63,110 bases of DNA. Origin: Nitrososphaera sp. (lineage in GTDB: Archaea > Thermoproteota > Nitrososphaeria > Nitrososphaerales > Nitrososphaeraceae). Under the pieces are notes generated by a model, which was not told the origin of the DNA, ran no database searches, and worked only from the letters and a program-made list of their open reading frames with translations. Shown here piece after piece: positions 58,539 through 63,110 of this stretch (position 1 is the stretch's first letter; the number at the start of each line of letters is the position of its first letter). The DNA lies in NCBI GenBank assembly GCA_036844865.1, contig DAIUEZ010000001.1, positions 1-63,110 of the forward strand, in the 5' to 3' direction. Made by a program: the position numbers and the translations under genes.

Positions 58539-59633
58539 ATGCTCGATATTACCGCATCTGACAGACTTGCAATCAAAAGTTTTGCTACGAAAAACCCTGT
58601 TTTTGTGTGTGTGATCTCCTACACTGCCACAAGCGAGATTTCGGGGCTTACAGTAGCAGGTGCACACGCCGAACTAGTGAAATATACCTCACCAGCAGAC
58701 GCAGAATTTCTGTATCATGGACGCTGCAGCTGCATTGATGTTGTACCTGCTACACCTGATGGCAAGCCTACGCCGGCACTGATTACACGAACTGCGTTAC
58801 AATTGGCAAGGATCCCCCTTCTGGTGGTTGATGCAGGAGCAAAGGTCAAACCCTCAATACCTTACGTATCATTTGGAGTTGAACCTGGTAGAAACATTAT
58901 AAATGAAAATGCTATGGACATCTCAAACGTCAAGCGTGCATTTGAGTACGGCGAGCTGCTTGGAAAACAACTGGCCATTATGTCAGATCTTATAGTAGTA
59001 GGTGAGAGCATTCCTGGAGGCACTACTACTGCACTTGCAGTGCTGAGAGCGCTTGGCATTGATGCAAGGTTCAAGGTAAGCAGCAGTATGCCTGAAAATC
59101 CGCACAACCTGAAAAACAAGGTAGTGGATTCTGCAATAGTCAGAGCTATTACTAATGGGCTTGGAAGGATCATCTCACCCTTTGAAGCTATATCCACTTT
59201 TGGAGATCCAATGATGCCTTCTGTAGCAGGAATTGCTAGTGGCGTGCTATCTGCAAATGGTAAGATTATGCTTGCAGGAGGCACCCAGATGTCTGCAGTC
59301 GTTGCAGTGTTGAAGCATCTCAGCAGGCCGCTCGAGGGTCTTTATATTGGCACTACAACATATGTAACAAAAGATCCGTCTTCAGATCTATCTGGCCTTG
59401 TAAGAATGGTTTCGGAGAAAGTTCCAATTTTATCTTGCGATCTTCACCTAGGTGAATCAAGCAAGCCAGGTCTGCAGGCATTTGCAAAGGGGTTTGTAAA
59501 GGAAGGAGTCGGTGCAGGTGGCGCTTCAATTGTGGCTATCACAAAATCAAGAGGTAAAATAACGGGTAAAAAATTAATGAATGCAGTTGAAAAAGAATAT
59601 GAAGTTTCTATAGAGGAGGCCGCGGGACATTAG
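58539..59633 (+). CDS. cobT: Archaeal nicotinate-nucleotide:base phosphoribosyltransferase (cobamide lower ligand)
   Basis: PTPALIT, GESIPGGTTTA, SSSMP, LAGGTQM and VKEGVGAGG motifs. Confidence 0.9.
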   Translation: MLDITASDRLAIKSFATKNPVFVCVISYTATSEISGLTVAGAHAELVKYTSPADAEFLYHGRCSCIDVVPATPDGKPTPALITRTALQLARIPLLVVDAGAKVKPSIPYVSFGVEPGRNIINENAMDISNVKRAFEYGELLGKQLAIMSDLIVVGESIPGGTTTALAVLRALGIDARFKVSSSMPENPHNLKNKVVDSAIVRAITNGLGRIISPFEAISTFGDPMMPSVAGIASGVLSANGKIMLAGGTQMSAVVAVLKHLSRPLEGLYIGTTTYVTKDPSSDLSGLVRMVSEKVPILSCDLHLGESSKPGLQAFAKGFVKEGVGAGGASIVAITKSRGKITGKKLMNAVEKEYEVSIEEAAGH

Positions 59634-59810
59634 CCCATTTGAGAGCTCCCTGGGGTCAATACTACTTTTAGCTTTTATCGGTAGATTGTAGTAATAATAT
59701 TACTGCCACATTAAAGTACTTGCAGTTTGACTCTGAGCTTACTGTCGTCCTTTGCAACGTGACGGTACATATTCATTTGTTCATATCTAGTAGAATTCCT
59801 TTGACAATAA

Positions 59811-59839
59811 AACTACTGATAGAGCTCTATCTTGTAGTT
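59811..59839. terminator. Palindromic hairpin just downstream of mpg (possible terminator or operator)
   Basis: AACTAC-T-GATAGAGCTCTATC-TT-GTAGTT, with a 14-bp perfect palindromic core. Confidence 0.35.
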
Positions 59840-59844
59840 ACCGG

Positions 59845-60471
59845 TCATAATGATGACGGTTTGATCTGAAATTTGCGTGATATAAAGGGACTCGATGGGT
59901 CGACAAAGCGCCACTCCTTGTCCAATGCCCGAGTGATGCCTATTCTTGGTGTACTGATAACACGCTTGGGTCTCTTGCCAAACTCGATATAAATCTCTGA
60001 GTCGGAATTAGTCATGTCAGTTCCATTGAGTAACGATGTGATATTGAGAGCCTGTGTAAGCTTGCCAGGACCAGAGGTAAGTGAAAAAATATTGTCGACT
60101 GGCCGGAACTGCCTCATTAATTCGATGCCTTCTACCGGCTCAATTCCACGAATAAGTACTGCACCTGCCCCTACCTTGTTTCTTCTTGCAGAGACATTTA
60201 AGCAAAAGTGGTTGCCGTAGGTGAAATATACGTAGGCCCTTCCAACATTGCCAAACATGACTTTGTTTCTACCTGTTGGGCCGACATACGCATGGCTTGC
60301 TAGATCATCTCTGTAGCCGTATGCCTCTGTCTCCACAATTATGCCTGCAAGCCGAAATTGCTTCTTCTTCTTCTTCTTATTTTTTATCGTGCGGACAAGC
60401 TTTTTACCAACAAGATCTCTTGCAACGACTTCAATAGGCCGCTGGTAAAATGAGCTGTTCTGGCAGCTCAC
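59845..60471 (-). CDS. mpg: 3-methyladenine DNA glycosylase (MPG/AAG)
   Basis: IVETEAY, AYVYFTYG, AVLIRG, GPGKL and PRIGI motifs. Confidence 0.95.
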   Translation of the reverse strand: MSCQNSSFYQRPIEVVARDLVGKKLVRTIKNKKKKKKQFRLAGIIVETEAYGYRDDLASHAYVGPTGRNKVMFGNVGRAYVYFTYGNHFCLNVSARRNKVGAGAVLIRGIEPVEGIELMRQFRPVDNIFSLTSGPGKLTQALNITSLLNGTDMTNSDSEIYIEFGKRPKRVISTPRIGITRALDKEWRFVDPSSPFISRKFQIKPSSL

Positions 60472-61067
60472 AAATAATCCTCCAATGACACTTTATTCTC
60501 TTCATCCTTATTGATTTCTACGGCTAGTTTTTTTAGATCCGCTTGCAGCGCAGAACGAAGATCTTTATTGTAAATAACAGCTGCTGGGTGGAAAGTCAAA
60601 AAGTACTTTTGGTCTCCCTTCTTCACTATCTTGCCCCTATTTGCAGTTATCGAACTGCCACCTAACAGAGAAGAGTATGCAGTCCTGCCAAGTATACAGA
60701 TCACTTTGGGCTTGATGAGTGCAATCTGCCTGTCAAGATATGGTCTGCACGCGGTCAGCTCATCTTCTTTCGGTACCCTGTTGTTTGGAGGCCGGCACTT
60801 GACTATATTTGTGATGAACACCTGCGACCTTTCGATGCCTGCTTTTTTCAGCATGTTGTCAAGGATTCGACCCGCGGCTCCTACAAATGGTCTCCCCTTT
60901 TCGTCTTCGCTACGACCCGGTGCCTCTCCTATGAACATTATCTTGGCAGAAAGCTGACCTTCGCCTGGCACAGCATTCTTCCTTGACCGTGACAGCTTGC
61001 AGAGGGGACAACCTCTCACTTCAGCAGCAATCTTCTCAAGTGAGTCATCGTGCTTTTGTGCTGTCAT
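60468..61067 (-). CDS. udg: Uracil-DNA glycosylase, family 4
   Basis: CPLC Fe-S site, GEAPG, PFVG, KCRPP and HPAA motifs. Confidence 0.95.
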   Translation of the reverse strand: MTAQKHDDSLEKIAAEVRGCPLCKLSRSRKNAVPGEGQLSAKIMFIGEAPGRSEDEKGRPFVGAAGRILDNMLKKAGIERSQVFITNIVKCRPPNNRVPKEDELTACRPYLDRQIALIKPKVICILGRTAYSSLLGGSSITANRGKIVKKGDQKYFLTFHPAAVIYNKDLRSALQADLKKLAVEINKDEENKVSLEDYL

Positions 61068-61111
61068 AAGATGTCATCATTAACTTCTTCTTCTCCAAGA
61101 ACATATATCTT

Positions 61112-61411
61112 TTAAAAAGCACGCGCACTCTTCCTCTTTTTTAATAACCCCATTACTATGAGTATAATTCCTATAATGATGCCATAGACAGAATAGACAT
61201 ATGAATTAGTAATAATTGAGCAGTTTCTCTCCATTTCTTCTAAGCGCTCTGGAGTTAGAAGAGACCTGTCAACTTGCGCAAGGTCTGACAGGCATTTGAA
61301 GCCCTGAAAATTAAGGTAAATAGCTGCCGCTCCACTTGCAGCAAGTGTTATTGCTCCAATGTACATGTACTTTTTATAGAGCCTGGGCGAGCGTATGCTA
61401 GCATCCTGCAT
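61112..61411 (-). CDS. Small two-TM membrane protein
   Basis: Two hydrophobic helices flank a loop with a Cys pair; basic C-terminus. Confidence 0.75.
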   Translation of the reverse strand: MQDASIRSPRLYKKYMYIGAITLAASGAAAIYLNFQGFKCLSDLAQVDRSLLTPERLEEMERNCSIITNSYVYSVYGIIIGIILIVMGLLKKRKSARAF

Positions 61412-61950
61412 CGCCTATTACTTATACACTATGATAGAAGAAGAAGAACAACACCTGAAGCAGGCTGTTAAGAATAATCATATCTTAACATCCAGCCTGT
61501 CTATTGACAAGTAACATGACATATCCTAAGGAAAACAGAGAAGGGTATAGAGAGAGCAGCAGATGAATATGCTAGCCACCCTGATATTTCTCTTGCTTTC
61601 TTCTTCCACCTCCTAGCAGTGGTCTAATTGTTGCTAACATGGTACAATATACTGCAGCTGGTGAAATAAAAAAGAAAGCAGCGTTATCTTAAACTATGCA
61701 CAGGATTAAAAGCTAAGGTAGCTCTTAATCCTGTTCGGACCAAAATAGATAAGTCATTTTTGGTTTAAATGACGACAACAATCGCGTTGCACTACTTGAT
61801 AGACCACTCCTAGTCAACCGGATGACTTGACTTATACTTTTTGAGGTTGTACTCTGCTTAAGGAATCCAAGACAGAGAGCAGAAGAAAGAATGAGAAGGT
61901 TATAGTGCTCTCTCGTGCATTATAAGAAGTACTTGCAATCTTCGGCAAGC

Positions 61951-62832
61951 CTATTTCCTTCCTGATCTGATCTGGCGTATTATGTCAAGTACGTCGTCAG
62001 CGTCCTCAGCCTCTGGATTGATCTCTAGATAAGAATTCAGAACTTCTAATGCCTCTGAAGGATTGCCCTTTTTAAGAAGTACGATCCCTTTGTCCCTTAT
62101 TGCATCAGGGTTATACCGGTCGATAGCAAGTACCATTTCATTTGCAATATTGTACCTATCCATGTCCTGTATTTCGTAGTAGCTTCCTTTCAGATTGTTT
62201 AGCATCCTTATCACAACTTGGGCTGCTGTTGCTTTCTCTACAAGTGCATGGGTAAGAGGAATATTCTGCTGTGGATATGCTTGATCAATCAACACTTTGA
62301 GTGAATAGTCGTCCATTATCCTGCCGCCATTGAACGGATCGACGATGATCTCACCACTGTTGTCTTCGAGAATATGCTTAATCAAAAAGTGGCCAGGAAA
62401 GTTCACTGGGTACATCTTGAAGTTCACCGAGCGTGCAACTCTCATGTAAAGTATGCAAAGTGTAATAGGGATTCCTATCTTCCGCTCGACTACTACGTTG
62501 AGGTAGCTATTGAGTGGATTGTAATAGTCATCGGTATTTGGTTTGAATTTTTGCACGTTAAAGAGATGGTCATTTATCTTTTCTATTATCTGCGTTGGTC
62601 GCGGGGGTACATTGCCGCCCTTTTTAAGTATCCTGTATACGTCTTGCCCCATTGCATCTATCAAGGACAAGAACGCAGAGACGTCAAGGCTAGGGTAAGC
62701 AAGTATCCTTGCTAGATGCAGAGCATACTCAGCCAGCCTGTCCGTATCATCAGATGATGTGATGTGAGTGACGACACTACTTTTCCAATCTTGAATCAAG
62801 GAATCGATATCGGCGGCCAATTGTCTTCTCAA
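61951..62832 (-). CDS. SirB1-family (transglutaminase-like plus TPR) protein
   Basis: YYNPLNSYL, GIPITL, NFPGHFL, DPFNGG and RMLNNLK motifs, then a TPR. Confidence 0.9.
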   Translation of the reverse strand: MRRQLAADIDSLIQDWKSSVVTHITSSDDTDRLAEYALHLARILAYPSLDVSAFLSLIDAMGQDVYRILKKGGNVPPRPTQIIEKINDHLFNVQKFKPNTDDYYNPLNSYLNVVVERKIGIPITLCILYMRVARSVNFKMYPVNFPGHFLIKHILEDNSGEIIVDPFNGGRIMDDYSLKVLIDQAYPQQNIPLTHALVEKATAAQVVIRMLNNLKGSYYEIQDMDRYNIANEMVLAIDRYNPDAIRDKGIVLLKKGNPSEALEVLNSYLEINPEAEDADDVLDIIRQIRSGRK

Positions 62833-63016
62833 GTGGCTGGCACCTATTTATGTAGATCATAGAAGTCCAGATTGTAGATATGATAACAATAAAGCACCTT
62901 ATCATAAAATTCTCCTTTTACGTTATTATTTTCACTTTTATAATGAACCAAAATATAGTTAGGTTAATAAAAATTAAGATAAATGCTTTTATTCAAACTT
63001 TCCAGCCATCATTTCT

Positions 63017-63110
63017 ATGATGGATGGTAAAACTAAGACTATTCTTGATAGAAAAATAAGTTTTCTGGGTCTAGCTGCCATAATAGCAGTAGTGGCGACA
63101 ACCATCATTA
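63017..63110 (+). CDS. N-terminus of a secreted or membrane protein (partial)
   Basis: MMDGKTKTILDRKISFLGLAAIIAVVATTII..., open to the right edge. Confidence 0.55.
   Translation, partial: MMDGKTKTILDRKISFLGLAAIIAVVATTII

Noticed and set aside
1333..62715. Many antisense or alternate-frame ORFs in the track (e.g. 4012..4629, 8568..9011, 37287..37823, 53712..54335)
   Set aside because: They are shadows of well-supported genes, with Ser/Ile-rich composition and no motifs.
62882..62909. ATAA-N6-TTAT dif-like spacing
   Set aside because: The arms match little beyond the 4-bp core, which is expected by chance in an AT-rich promoter region.
1..63110. CRISPR arrays, tRNAs, transposases, integrases, proviral genes
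   Set aside because: No regularly spaced repeats, tRNA T-loop/cloverleaf or mobile-element motifs were seen by eye. An intron-containing tRNA could have been missed.

Overview
Mostly core chromosome of an ammonia-oxidising archaeon, most likely Nitrososphaerales-like. This assignment is inferred from 4-hydroxybutyryl-CoA dehydratase, the transketolase-N/Rpe fusion, TFE-beta, crenarchaeal-type PolB1, a stand-alone 5S rRNA and long AT-rich spacers. The window holds about 75 CDS: a MoxR/NorQ AAA+ plus VWA pair, a non-oxidative pentose-phosphate operon, ribosome biogenesis genes (ABCE1, Nop5-fibrillarin, RIO1-Dim2, RlmE, Trm1, Trm5-like), TBP, purine/pyrimidine genes, ThrRS, PolB1, nurA-herA-mre11-rad50, CobT, MPG and UDG. 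I saw no CRISPR array, transposase, integrase or provirus, and no single unmistakably new system. The best leads are: (1) a cluster of microproteins upstream of thrS, partly missed by the ORF track, mostly Cys/His-rich and including a 38-aa poly-acidic Phe-periodic peptide with its own TATA box; (2) a perfect 18-bp TATA-centred palindrome between the tbp TATA box and start codon; (3) an (ATTAGG)3 repeat filling the thrS TATA-to-ATG spacer; (4) a LarA-fold protein lacking catalytic residues; (5) an uncharacterised domain present three times in two genes; (6) a pair of inverted XerD/dif-like arms. All family calls come from motif recognition by eye; no searches were run.
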